DNA of 50,896 nucleotides from Coriobacteriales bacterium (GTDB lineage Bacteria > Actinomycetota > Coriobacteriia > Coriobacteriales > CADBOM01): NCBI GenBank assembly GCA_050946255.1, contig JBMNUL010000002.1:1-50896 (forward strand), in the 5' to 3' direction. A program made the translations under genes and the position numbers. Below the pieces are notes generated by a model. The model saw only the letters and a list, made by a program, of their open reading frames with translations. It made no database searches and had not been told where the DNA came from. The stretch's first letter is position 1; each line of letters opens with the position of its first letter. This document shows positions 33,298-42,488 of this stretch, in pieces.

Positions 33298-34542
33298 ATG
33301 ACTGTGGACGCTAATGCCCAATACGCGCCTAAACAGCCCAGTGGCATCAGGACACTGGCAGTCCTGATGATTCAATTCGTTCTCATGGGTTTCGTGGTCG
33401 TCACACCGGCGATCGCAGTGTTTATGGATCATTTCGGCCCCGATGCCGCTGCCACCGGGTTACCTGTAACCCTTATTTCCACATTGCCCACGCTCACAAC
33501 ATGCATCGGAATACTTCTTTCCGGATTCCTCGTGGGCAAGTTCGTCAAACACCGCACGATGGCAATCATTGCCACGCTCACATTCACCATTTTCGGGTTT
33601 CTGCCCGCAATCTTCTACAACTACATCACAGTCCTGATCTGCCGCGCAGCCTGCGGCCTTGGCCTCGGCCTCTTGAACCCACTTGCATCCGCAATCATCT
33701 TGGGGTGCTATTCGGGCAACAAGCAGGCTTCACTGCTCGGATATGGAACCTTGATAATCAACGGTGGCGGAATCGTCCTTCAAACCCTAGGCGGAATCCT
33801 CGCAGATATCGACACGTCCGGACAGCTTGTCTTCTGGGCACATCTTCTGGGATTCGTTTCTGTGATCTTCGCTTTCCTGCTCCCCAACCCCGAGCTTCCA
33901 ACCACTGACTCGCAGGGCAAGAAGGTCAAGGTCCACATCCCCGGAGTCGTTTGGATCATCTGCCTCGTATACGTAATCTTCCAGGTCCTCAACTACCCGG
34001 CGATGCTGAATGCAGGCACGATCATGATGGACCCGGAGCACATGGGAGGAAATGCACTTTCACTCGACAACGTCGGCTTCATGGCATCCATGGCCCTCAA
34101 CGTGTTCACGATCTTGGGAATGATCGCAGGAGCAGCCTTCGGTACCGTCTTCAAGCACATGAAGAAGTGGGTCATTCCACTGGGCTGGTTCCTCTGCGCG
34201 CTCGGAATTCTATGCGTGGTAGCCGGAAACCATCCGGTTTGGCTGTGCGTGGGATTCGGTCTCCTCGGCCTCGGATTCGACTGGGTCGCCCCGGCATATA
34301 CATCATGGATTGGAATCGCGGCCAACCCCGCGTCCTACCCGATGTGCATCACCGCGGTTCAGATCTCGCAGCAGCTCGGCGCGTTCCTCGCGACCTTCTG
34401 GCTGCAGCTGCTCACAATGACCGTCGGCGACGCCGTGTATTTCCCCGGCTACATCGAGTTCGCGTTCTGCATCATCTTCACGGTGATTTTCCTCTTCGTG
34501 AATCCGTGGAAGAACAAGAAGGCCGAGGAGGCTGCAGCTTAA
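33298..34542 (+). CDS. MFS-type transporter
   Basis: It is 414 aa with about 12 predicted helices in a 6+6 arrangement. The start is moved to MTVDANAQ (ATG 33298), with AAAGGAGG 7 nt upstream. Confidence 0.7.
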   Translation: MTVDANAQYAPKQPSGIRTLAVLMIQFVLMGFVVVTPAIAVFMDHFGPDAAATGLPVTLISTLPTLTTCIGILLSGFLVGKFVKHRTMAIIATLTFTIFGFLPAIFYNYITVLICRAACGLGLGLLNPLASAIILGCYSGNKQASLLGYGTLIINGGGIVLQTLGGILADIDTSGQLVFWAHLLGFVSVIFAFLLPNPELPTTDSQGKKVKVHIPGVVWIICLVYVIFQVLNYPAMLNAGTIMMDPEHMGGNALSLDNVGFMASMALNVFTILGMIAGAAFGTVFKHMKKWVIPLGWFLCALGILCVVAGNHPVWLCVGFGLLGLGFDWVAPAYTSWIGIAANPASYPMCITAVQISQQLGAFLATFWLQLLTMTVGDAVYFPGYIEFAFCIIFTVIFLFVNPWKNKKAEEAAA

Positions 34543-34660
34543 GGCTCCCCGAAGAATTGCCATTTCCTTTTAATCGATGAAGATTGCGCTCCTTCAGCTG
34601 GGATGCAGGTGGGGCGCGATAACGAAACACAAAGACGGCTACTGGGTCGTCGGCAAGGGC

Positions 34661-34686
34661 GAGGCGGTGTCCTAAAGCACCGCCTC
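34661..34686 (+). terminator. Candidate terminator after the MFS gene
   Basis: A 9-bp perfect stem gaggcggtg/caccgcctc closes an 8-nt loop. It is followed by gcttcgattta, a weak U-tract. Confidence 0.45.
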
Positions 34687-35073
34687 GCTTCGATTTACGC
34701 CTCGCTTCGATTTATTAAACTGTCCCCTACTACCCACGATGAATGTCATCATCTGTAGCATCTGCATTGAAAATCTACAGTCTTAAAGAGTGGAGACACA
34801 AAGGGAGGCGATGGATTTCCTGAAGTTTGCGGTATGGAGATTGTGGTGAAAACTGACCGAAATTGAACTACTTTTGCACTGTTCGTCAATTTTCCAATAT
34901 TTAACTAATAAATAAGCAGAACACCATATAAAATCCTATAAGCGACTCTGTATGAAGAGTTTACATATATTTTTTTGGGGATATCGAATTACTCTACAAT
35001 TTCATTACGTTTTTAAGAATTATGAGTCTTTCGAAACCCAGCCCTTTGGAGAAGAGAGAGGAAAGGCCAGAGG

Positions 35074-36909
35074 ATGAAGGCATGGGAAATGCACATGGAA
35101 GGGCTCAATGCTGAGCAAGGCGCCGTCGCCGAGCTGCAGAAGGCCCTTGGAGAGCGTTTCATCAAGAGCACGCTCTCGCCCTGCCCCGTGGAGTTCACGG
35201 CTGCGTTCGTGAACATCTGCAACTCTCAGTCCTGCGGCAAGTGCACACCTTGTCGCGTCGGGTTGCAGCAGCTCCATTCGCTCATCGAGGATATTCTGAG
35301 CGGCAAGGGGACGCAGGAAACTCTTAAGCTCATCGAGAAGACAGCGCGTGACATCTCGTTGACCGCGGATTGCGCAATCGGATCCGAGTCTGCGGCTCTC
35401 GCGCTAGAGGCCATCCGGGGATTCCGCAAGGACTTCAATGCCCACATAGAGAAGGGTTATTGCGAATTCACCGCGAACGACCTCATCCCCTGCATGTCCA
35501 ACTGCCCAGCACGAGTTGACATTCCGGGATACATCGCGCTGGTCGAGGCCGGACGATACACCGACGCCGTCCGTCTCATCCGCAAGGACAACCCGCTGCC
35601 AATCTCCTGCGGGTCGATCTGCGAGCACCCCTGTGAGATCAACTGCCGCCGTGGAATGCTCGACGACCCGATCAACATCCGCGGTCTCAAGCGTTATGCA
35701 TGCGATCATCAAACCGAGGATTACGAGCCCTATAAGTACCCTCCGACTGGCAAGAAGGTCGCGATCATAGGTGGTGGCCCGGCTGGGCTAACCGCTGCCT
35801 ACTACCTCACGATCATGGGTCATAGCTGCACGATTTACGAGCAACGTTCCCATCTCGGTGGAATGATGCGCTACGGGATCCCCAACTACAGGTTCGACAA
35901 AGACCTGCTGGAGGAGGAAGTCCAGTTCATCATCAGGCAGGGAATCGAGGTCAAGACCAACGTCATCGCTGGATATGACATATCAATCGAAGAGCTGCGC
36001 GAGAACTATGACGCGATGTTCATTGCAATTGGCGCACATGACGACAGGCAGCTCCACCTCGTGGGTGAGAGCGCTCCAAACGTCATGTCCGCCGTTCAGA
36101 TGCTCCGCGACATCGGCGAGGGAATCATGCCGGACTTCACCGACCAGACGATCGTGATCGTTGGCGGCGGAAACGTGGCAATGGATGTTGCAAGATCCTC
36201 CGTGAGACTCGGGGCCAAGCGCGTCATCGTCGTCTACAGGCGCAGGATGGTCGACATGACCGCACAGAACGAGGAGATCATGGCGGCGCTTGCCGAGGGT
36301 TGCGAGATCATGGAGCTCCACAACCCGATTGGGCTCGAGCTCGACCGAGACCATGTGACCGGAGTCAAGATCCAACCTCAGATTGTCGGAGAGCTCGTCG
36401 GCGGCAGACCCTCCATCAGAGATGCCAAGGCCGATCCTTTCGTGATCGACTGCGACAGGGTCGTCGTGGCAATCGGCCAGAACATTGATTCTCGCGCGTT
36501 CGCCGATTATGGAATCCCAACCAACCGCGGCAAGATCGTCGCCGACGCTGGTGGTGCAATCGAGGGGTTCGACGGCATATTCTCCGGCGGTGACTGCTCA
36601 TCAGGCCCTGCCACGGTAATCAAGGCAATTGCAGCAGGCAAGGCAGTCGCTCGAAACATCGACAACTACCTTGGCTACAACCATGTAATCAAATCGGAAG
36701 TCGAGATTCCGCCCGTCAAGTTCAAGGGCAGGATTTCCTGCGCTAGATCCGAGATGAACGAGAGGGGCGTCGAGGTCAGGCGCCATGACTTCGAGATGTT
36801 CGAAGAAGGACTGACCGACGAGGCCGCCCAGCAGGAATCCAACAGGTGCCTGCACTGCGACCACTTCGGATTCGGGGCGTTCAGAGGCGGGAGGATCGAG
36901 CAATGGTAA
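35074..36909 (+). CDS. NAD(P)H-dependent oxidoreductase: NuoF-type 4Fe-4S module fused to a glutamate synthase small-subunit (GltD)-like flavoprotein
   Basis: The N-terminus has SCGKCTPCRVG (NuoF Fe-S cluster motif). A GltD-type Cys-rich region follows (CMSNCPARVDIP...CGSICEHPCEINC). Two Rossmann motifs are present, VAIIGGGPAGLTAAY and IVIVGGGNVAMD. Confidence 0.8.
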   Translation: MKAWEMHMEGLNAEQGAVAELQKALGERFIKSTLSPCPVEFTAAFVNICNSQSCGKCTPCRVGLQQLHSLIEDILSGKGTQETLKLIEKTARDISLTADCAIGSESAALALEAIRGFRKDFNAHIEKGYCEFTANDLIPCMSNCPARVDIPGYIALVEAGRYTDAVRLIRKDNPLPISCGSICEHPCEINCRRGMLDDPINIRGLKRYACDHQTEDYEPYKYPPTGKKVAIIGGGPAGLTAAYYLTIMGHSCTIYEQRSHLGGMMRYGIPNYRFDKDLLEEEVQFIIRQGIEVKTNVIAGYDISIEELRENYDAMFIAIGAHDDRQLHLVGESAPNVMSAVQMLRDIGEGIMPDFTDQTIVIVGGGNVAMDVARSSVRLGAKRVIVVYRRRMVDMTAQNEEIMAALAEGCEIMELHNPIGLELDRDHVTGVKIQPQIVGELVGGRPSIRDAKADPFVIDCDRVVVAIGQNIDSRAFADYGIPTNRGKIVADAGGAIEGFDGIFSGGDCSSGPATVIKAIAAGKAVARNIDNYLGYNHVIKSEVEIPPVKFKGRISCARSEMNERGVEVRRHDFEMFEEGLTDEAAQQESNRCLHCDHFGFGAFRGGRIEQW

Positions 36910-38660
36910 ATGTGACCATCGATGGCAAGCATGTTCAAGTGGAGGAGCACACCTCCATTCTGAAAGCTGCTCGGCAGGCGGGAGTTCAGATTCCCACTCT
37001 TTGCTATCTGGAGGGAATCAACGAGATCGGCGCTTGCAGGGTCTGCGTCGTTGAAATCGAGGGCTGTCAACAGCTGGCCGCATCCTGCAACAACGAGGTC
37101 TCCGAGGGAATGGTGATCCATACCAACAGCCCAAAGGTGAGAGAGGCCCGCAAGACCAACGTGCAGCTCATCCTATCGCAGCACAACGTCTCCTGCACCA
37201 GCTGCGTGCGCGGTGGAACATGCCAGCTTCAGAAAGTTTCCAACGAGCTGGGACTGTTCGAGGAACCTTACAAGAAAAACATCCCGCACAACCGCAACAG
37301 GTTCGACTTCCCGCTGGTGCGCTTCGAGGACAAGTGCATCAAGTGCCTGCGCTGCCTGCAGGTATGCGAGAAGATCCAGCAGGTCAACATCTGGGATTTC
37401 ATCAACCACGCTTCTCACACAACGATTGGCGTCAAAGGCGGAATCAACCTCACGGAGACCAACTGCTCCCTCTGCGGACAGTGCATCACCCATTGCCCTG
37501 TTGGAGCGTTGCGCGCCTACGACGACACCGACAAGTTCTTCGACGCCCTAGCTGATCCGGATAAGATCACCATCGTGCAAATTGCCCCGGCAGTTCGTGC
37601 TGCCTGGGGAGAGACGCTGGGACTCCCCCGCGAGAAGGCAACCGTCAAGAGGCTCGTTGCCGCACTTCGAAGGATGGGCGTCGACTACATCTTCGACACC
37701 GTCTTCAGCGCCGACCTCACGATCATGGAAGAGGGCAGCGAGTTCCTCGCCCGCATGAAGGACAGGGAGAACAACAAATTCCCGATGTTCACCTCGTGCT
37801 GCCCGGGTTGGATTAGATTCGTGAAGGGGCACTACCCCGAGTTCGTCGACAATCTCTCGACCGCAAAGTCTCCAATGGAGATGTTTGGAGCCACCGCGAA
37901 GTCTTACTATGCAAAGCTCATGGGCATAGACCCCGAGAAGATCGTCTCTATCGCTGTCATGCCCTGCGTGGCAAAGAAGGCCGAGGCCGCGCTTCCAACT
38001 ATGAACGACGCAGGCGCAGGCCAGGATGTGGACATCGTGCTCACGACCCGCGAGGTCGACAGGATGATCCGATCCGAGCACATGGTGCCGGAAGAGCTCG
38101 AGGAAGAGGAGTTCGACACCCCGCTGGGAGTCGGAACCGGTGCAGGCGTCATCTTCGGAGCCACCGGTGGAGTCATGGAAGCCGCACTGCGCACGGCTTA
38201 CTACCTGGCGATGGGCGAGAATCCCGATGCCGACGCATTCAAGGACGTTCGTGGTCTCGACGGTTGGAAGGAGGCAACGTTCCATCTAGGAGATACCCCC
38301 GTGAGAGTTGCAGTGGCCAGTGGTCTGGGCAACACTCGCAAGCTCCTCGATGCCCTGAAGGCCGGAGAGGTCGACTACGACTTCGTCGAGATCATGGCAT
38401 GCCCCGGCGGATGCTCCGGCGGCGGTGGACAGCCGATTTCCGAAGGGCAGGAGCTCGCCGGTGTGCGAGGCCAGGTTCTGTATGGTCTGGACAAGGTCAA
38501 CAACTTGCGATTCTCCCACGAGAACCCGTCTATTCAGGAATGCTATGAGACCTATTTCGGCGCTCCGCTTTCCGAGAAAGCGGAGAGGCTATTGCACACC
38601 GACCACCATGGCTGGAAGATGCCATACGAGATGGAGCTCGACGCCGAGATCGACGGTTAG
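36903..38660 (+). CDS. hydA: [FeFe]-hydrogenase catalytic subunit (M3-type with N-terminal ferredoxin-like domains)
   Basis: The H-cluster motifs FTSCCPGW, MPCVAKKAE and EIMACPGGCSGGGGQP are present. The N-terminus has a 2Fe-2S motif (CYLEG...CRVC) and two CxxCxxCxxxC motifs. The start ATG 36903 overlaps the upstream stop (ATGGTAA), with a GGGAGG RBS. Confidence 0.9.
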   Translation: MVNVTIDGKHVQVEEHTSILKAARQAGVQIPTLCYLEGINEIGACRVCVVEIEGCQQLAASCNNEVSEGMVIHTNSPKVREARKTNVQLILSQHNVSCTSCVRGGTCQLQKVSNELGLFEEPYKKNIPHNRNRFDFPLVRFEDKCIKCLRCLQVCEKIQQVNIWDFINHASHTTIGVKGGINLTETNCSLCGQCITHCPVGALRAYDDTDKFFDALADPDKITIVQIAPAVRAAWGETLGLPREKATVKRLVAALRRMGVDYIFDTVFSADLTIMEEGSEFLARMKDRENNKFPMFTSCCPGWIRFVKGHYPEFVDNLSTAKSPMEMFGATAKSYYAKLMGIDPEKIVSIAVMPCVAKKAEAALPTMNDAGAGQDVDIVLTTREVDRMIRSEHMVPEELEEEEFDTPLGVGTGAGVIFGATGGVMEAALRTAYYLAMGENPDADAFKDVRGLDGWKEATFHLGDTPVRVAVASGLGNTRKLLDALKAGEVDYDFVEIMACPGGCSGGGGQPISEGQELAGVRGQVLYGLDKVNNLRFSHENPSIQECYETYFGAPLSEKAERLLHTDHHGWKMPYEMELDAEIDG

Positions 38661-38705
38661 TTTCGCTAATTTCCGTTGTTCCTGGCTGGCTCAAACTGAG
38701 TGAAG

Positions 38706-38742
38706 AAAGGGGCGCGCCCAAGTTATTCGGGCGCGCCCCTTT
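38706..38742. terminator. Bidirectional intrinsic terminator between hydA and dnaB (convergent genes)
   Basis: aaaggggcgcgccc-aagttattc-gggcgcgccccttt forms a 14-bp perfect GC-rich stem. It is flanked by an A-run and a T-run. Confidence 0.75.
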
Positions 38743-38837
38743 GCATGCTCCTAGCCGGCTCTCGGCTCAGGCATTGTCGTGCAAGGCAAGATCAATTTCC
38801 AGCTAGCTCGAACCCTTGCTCGGATTCCAGTTACACA

Positions 38838-40256
38838 CTATTCCTCCGCCTGATATGGCTGCTCATCCGGACCGCGGTAGAGCTCGTCGAACCTCGTGTA
38901 CTCGGGATTGAATGCAAGCTCTGCAACTCCAGTAGGTCCATTTCTGTGCTTCTCGATGATGATGCGCGCTATTCCCTTGTCGGGCCGCTTGGCATTCTCG
39001 GCCTCCTCGTCGTTCATGGACCTATCGATGAACATGACGACGTCCGCGTCCTGCTCGATGGAGCCGGACTCGCGAAGGTCGGAGAGCTGTGGACGCTTGC
39101 CCTCGCGGTCGTCAACTCGACGGCTCAACTGCGAGAGCGCGATGATCGGCACATTGAGCTCCTTTGCGAGCATCTTCAGACCCCTTGAGAACTCGGCAAC
39201 CTCGAGATGGCGGTCCTTGTAGTTGGAGTGAGACTCCATGAGCTGCAAGTAGTCGACCACGATCAGCCCCTGATCTGCATCATGGAGCTGCCTTCTTGCC
39301 TTGGCCCTCAATTCGATAATCGACAGTGCCGAGGTGTCATCAATAGAGAAGTTCAGGGAGTTCAGCTCTTGGCAGGCCCTTATCAGCTGCTGCCAATCCG
39401 AGGAGTCGAGGTTGCCGGTCCTCATCTTCTTGAGCTTCACCCTAGCCTCGGTGCACATGATCTTCTGGATGAGCTGTTCGGAGGGCATTTCGAGGGAGAA
39501 GAAGGCGACTGTGGCACCGGCCTTCGCTGCGTTGACGGCGACGTTAAGGGCAAATGAGGTCTTGCCGATACCAGGCCTGGCTGCCAGCACCAATAGATCT
39601 CCTCCACGCATGCCGGCCAGGATCCTGTCCACGCTCTCAAACCCCGTGGGCACACCCATGATGTGCTTCTTTTCCTTGGCGAGCTCGTCAAGCTGCTGCA
39701 TTGACTCCTTCATGAGCTCGCTGAGGGACTTGAACGAGGATTTGACCTCCTTGTCTGTGACATTGAAAATCAATTTCTCGGCTTCCTCGACTACCGCCTC
39801 GGTATCGTCCGGGGCATCGTAGCTGAGAGCGCTGATCTTGGTTGCTGCCGTGATGAGGCTGCGGAGAAGGTGCTGCCTGTTGACGATCTGGGCATGGTAT
39901 TGCCAGTTGGCAAGTGCAAATGAGTTGTCGGCAAGCTCCATGATGTAGGCCCTGCCGCCAACGGATTCCAGCTCGCCCTTGGCCTCTAGCCTCTCGGCAA
40001 CCGTGATCTGGTCTACCGGGTTTCCATTGGCCGAGAGCTCCTTCATCGCCCTGAATATCTTTTGGTGAGAAGGTTTGTAGAAAGCCTCCTCTTTGATGAC
40101 GAGAAATGCCTCCTCCAATATCTCTGGATCAAGCATCATCGCTGCAAGAACTGACTTTTCCGCCTCGTTGTTCTGAGGTATGACCCTGTCTCGGAACACT
40201 GCTGAATCGTTTTCGGATATGTTCTCGTAGGGAGCTACGTTTTTCGTGTATGGCAT
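38838..40256 (-). CDS. dnaB: Replicative DNA helicase DnaB
   Basis: It has Walker A ARPGIGKTSFALN, IVVDYLQLM, and SQLSRRVDDR followed by LSDLRESGSIEQDADVVMF. At 472 aa it contains no intein. Confidence 0.95.
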   Translation of the reverse strand: MPYTKNVAPYENISENDSAVFRDRVIPQNNEAEKSVLAAMMLDPEILEEAFLVIKEEAFYKPSHQKIFRAMKELSANGNPVDQITVAERLEAKGELESVGGRAYIMELADNSFALANWQYHAQIVNRQHLLRSLITAATKISALSYDAPDDTEAVVEEAEKLIFNVTDKEVKSSFKSLSELMKESMQQLDELAKEKKHIMGVPTGFESVDRILAGMRGGDLLVLAARPGIGKTSFALNVAVNAAKAGATVAFFSLEMPSEQLIQKIMCTEARVKLKKMRTGNLDSSDWQQLIRACQELNSLNFSIDDTSALSIIELRAKARRQLHDADQGLIVVDYLQLMESHSNYKDRHLEVAEFSRGLKMLAKELNVPIIALSQLSRRVDDREGKRPQLSDLRESGSIEQDADVVMFIDRSMNDEEAENAKRPDKGIARIIIEKHRNGPTGVAELAFNPEYTRFDELYRGPDEQPYQAEE

Positions 40257-40613
40257 ATGTTTTTACTACCTTTCGTCCTCGCTGCGAAACGATATTAACA
40301 AACGGCGGGGACAATAATTCTCGACGTTGCTTTCGATAAATTTGGACAGGTTTCGGCAATTCACCGTTACCCCCGACATTTCACTGGAAGATGTGAAAAT
40401 TCAGTGCCTTGATTATTGTCCTTTTGAGATGTTTCCACATTTTTCACAGGCTGGAGAAAAATCAGGACACATTCTTTTGTTTCATTTTGAGAAAATTTTT
40501 CATTTCGTTTACCGAGAACATAGCATAGTCCCACCGAATGATAGAAACCAAGCTGGGGAACCCCCTCGATTTTGATAATCTCGTTGATGCGGAAACTATT
40601 AGAAAGGTAAAGA

Positions 40614-41384
40614 ATGGCTAAGAAAACCATAAGGGACAGATCGGTTCTAGACGAAATATCGCCCATTGTTGACCCTGTGCCGAGAGATTTCCCTGAACTT
40701 CAGCCATTTCCGCAGGTAAACCACTATTTTTCGACAGTAATTTTCGACTTCGACGGCACGATGGCAGACTCCCTGTGGGTGTGGGATGACATCGATGAGA
40801 GGTTCTGCGAACAATATGGCCTAGTGCTACCAGACACCTACATAGACGACATAAATGCCCTAAGTTTCGAGGAAACCGCGGTTTTCTTCAGAGAAGACCT
40901 CGGACTTGACATGTCTGTGGAGGAAATTTGCGAAAAATTTAACGAACTTGCGTTCGACAGCTACGCAAAGGATGTGAATATCAACCCCGGTGTGAAAAAA
41001 TACCTCGATATCCTGTCAGAACGGGGTGTGAAAATCACAATTGCAACTTCACTTTCATGGCCCTTGTTGGAAGCCGCTTTAATCCACAACGGGATACTTG
41101 ATTACATAGATGACATCGCTTTCTGCGACGAGTGCAAGAACGGGAAAATCGAAAGCGACGTATACCTTCTAGCCGCAAGCCGAGTGGGTGCCAAGCCACG
41201 AGAATGTCTTGTCTTCGAGGACATCTCTGCAGGGCTGAAAAGCGCACGTAGATGTGGGATGACAGCCTGTGCGGTAATGTTGCCGGAGACATCCGGAAAA
41301 TACGATTCTGTTGAAAGCGTGAGGGAGAGCTGCGATTTCTGGATAGAGTCTTTCGAGGATCTGGTAGACGCGGCGCTCTCCTAA
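40614..41384 (+). CDS. HAD-superfamily hydrolase (beta-phosphoglucomutase-like subfamily IA)
   Basis: Motif I reads VIFDFDGTMADS, and a later motif reads VFEDISAGLKSARRCGM. It is 256 aa. Confidence 0.75.
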   Translation: MAKKTIRDRSVLDEISPIVDPVPRDFPELQPFPQVNHYFSTVIFDFDGTMADSLWVWDDIDERFCEQYGLVLPDTYIDDINALSFEETAVFFREDLGLDMSVEEICEKFNELAFDSYAKDVNINPGVKKYLDILSERGVKITIATSLSWPLLEAALIHNGILDYIDDIAFCDECKNGKIESDVYLLAASRVGAKPRECLVFEDISAGLKSARRCGMTACAVMLPETSGKYDSVESVRESCDFWIESFEDLVDAALS

Positions 41385-41390
41385 TAAAAT

Positions 41391-41421
41391 TCGGGCCCGG
41401 CAGGATTACCACCGGACCCGA
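41391..41421. terminator. Candidate bidirectional terminator between the HAD gene and rplI
   Basis: tcgggcccgg/ccggacccga forms a 10-bp stem (one mismatch) with an 11-nt loop. It has AT-rich flanks. Confidence 0.4.
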
Positions 41422-41453
41422 TTGGATACAGCATCTGAAGTTAGCTTCCCGAT

Positions 41454-42095
41454 CTACTCGGCAGCCTTCTCCTCTGCGTCAGCAGCCTCAGTCTCAACTA
41501 CCTCTGCGACAGCTTCAGCCTCAGCGGCCTCGGCCTCTGCAGTCTCGGCCTCGGCAACGGCCTCTGCGGCATTAACCTCAGCGACCTCGGCATTTGCCTC
41601 GGCCTCCTTGGCAGCCTTCTCTGCGGCCTCGGCCTCTGCGGCCAGCATCTCCTCGGACTTGACCGAGACGTTGATGTTGGCCTTGATGTCACGGTAGATG
41701 GAAACAACTGCAACATGCTCTCCCGCAGTCTTGATCGGCTTATTGAGGTCGATCTTCTTACGGTCGATTTCGATATCGAGCTGCTCCTTGAGAGCATCAG
41801 CGATCATGACAGGAGTGACGGAACCGAAGAGCTGTCCATCTTCGCCAACCTTGGCAACGATGGTAACGCCCTTGCCGTCGAGAGCCTTCTGCATATCGTC
41901 GGCGTTCTCAATGCGCACAGCTTCGCGCTTCTTGATGTTGTGCATACGCTGTTCGAGCTGCTTGAGGTTTCCCTTGGTCGCCTTGATGGCGATGCCCTGG
42001 GGAAGCAGATAGTTGTCTGCGAAGCCCTGGGCAACGTCGATGACGTCGCCTTCGCCGCCCTTGCCCTTCAGCTCCTGCATCAGAATTACCTTCAT
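41454..42095 (-). CDS. rplI: 50S ribosomal protein L9 with a 66-aa Ala/Glu-rich C-terminal extension
   Basis: It begins MKVILMQELKGKGGEGDVIDVAQGFADNYLLPQG. The start is ATG (complement of 42093-42095) with an AAGGAG RBS. The tail reads EEMLAAEAEAAEKAAKEAEANAEV...EEKAAE. Confidence 0.9.
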   Translation of the reverse strand: MKVILMQELKGKGGEGDVIDVAQGFADNYLLPQGIAIKATKGNLKQLEQRMHNIKKREAVRIENADDMQKALDGKGVTIVAKVGEDGQLFGSVTPVMIADALKEQLDIEIDRKKIDLNKPIKTAGEHVAVVSIYRDIKANINVSVKSEEMLAAEAEAAEKAAKEAEANAEVAEVNAAEAVAEAETAEAEAAEAEAVAEVVETEAADAEEKAAE

Positions 42096-42117
42096 AACAT
42101 TCTCCTTTAGAGCTGAA

Positions 42118-42405
42118 TCAGTTGTTGTTATTGTTGTTGCTATTGTTGCGCCTCTTGCGGTCGCCGCGACCATTCACCACGGGAACCGTATAAGGAACAA
42201 GTGCCATCACCCTGGCACGCTTGATGGCGTTGGCCAGGTCATGCTGATGCTGGGTGCAGGTGCCGGTGACCCTGCGGGGCTTGATCTTGCCACGGTCGGT
42301 CATGTACCTGCGAAGCAGCTGGGTGTCTTTGTAGTCAATAGCAGGAGCATCGCTCTTGCAGAACTGACAATATTTGCGCCTTGGCTGGCGGCTGTACTCT
42401 GCCAT
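42118..42405 (-). CDS. rpsR: 30S ribosomal protein S18 with a poly-Asn C-terminal tail
   Basis: It begins [48 protein letters not shown] and ends NNSNNNNNN. The start is ATG 42403-42405 with an AAAGGAGGG RBS. Confidence 0.92.
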   Translation of the reverse strand: MAEYSRQPRRKYCQFCKSDAPAIDYKDTQLLRRYMTDRGKIKPRRVTGTCTQHQHDLANAIKRARVMALVPYTVPVVNGRGDRKRRNNSNNNNNN

Positions 42406-42488
42406 TATTTCCCTCCTTTGCGTCATTTTCAAACGAAGGGGCGCGAGATGCGCGCCTTTGGTTCGAAACTGGTACAGGACGTGGCCGT

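Noticed and set aside
34681-34714. A perfect 17-bp tandem duplication, cgcctcgcttcgattta x2, overlapping the 3' arm of the MFS terminator hairpin.
   Set aside because: It is most simply a replication-slippage duplication in non-coding DNA. There are only two copies and no evident function.
34811-34849. A 12-codon mini-ORF (MDFLKFAVWRLW) with two Trp codons in the AT-rich region upstream of the hydrogenase operon, considered as a leader peptide.
   Set aside because: The GGAGG is only 2 nt from the ATG, which is too close. No associated terminator or antiterminator structure was seen, and there is no functional link between Trp and a hydrogenase.
40420-40520. DnaA-box-like words (gTTTCCACA) and short T-rich repeats upstream of dnaB and the HAD gene, considered as a replication origin.
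   Set aside because: There is a single 7/9 match only and no cluster of boxes. The dnaA/dnaN context is absent, and the AT-richness is explained by divergent promoters.
42440-42456. A short GC hairpin (ggcgcg-agatg-cgcgcc) between ssb and rpsR, considered as a terminator.
   Set aside because: The stem is only 6 bp and the U-tract is poor. The flanking genes belong to a conserved operon, so at most it is a weak pause or stability element. It is not reported as a feature.
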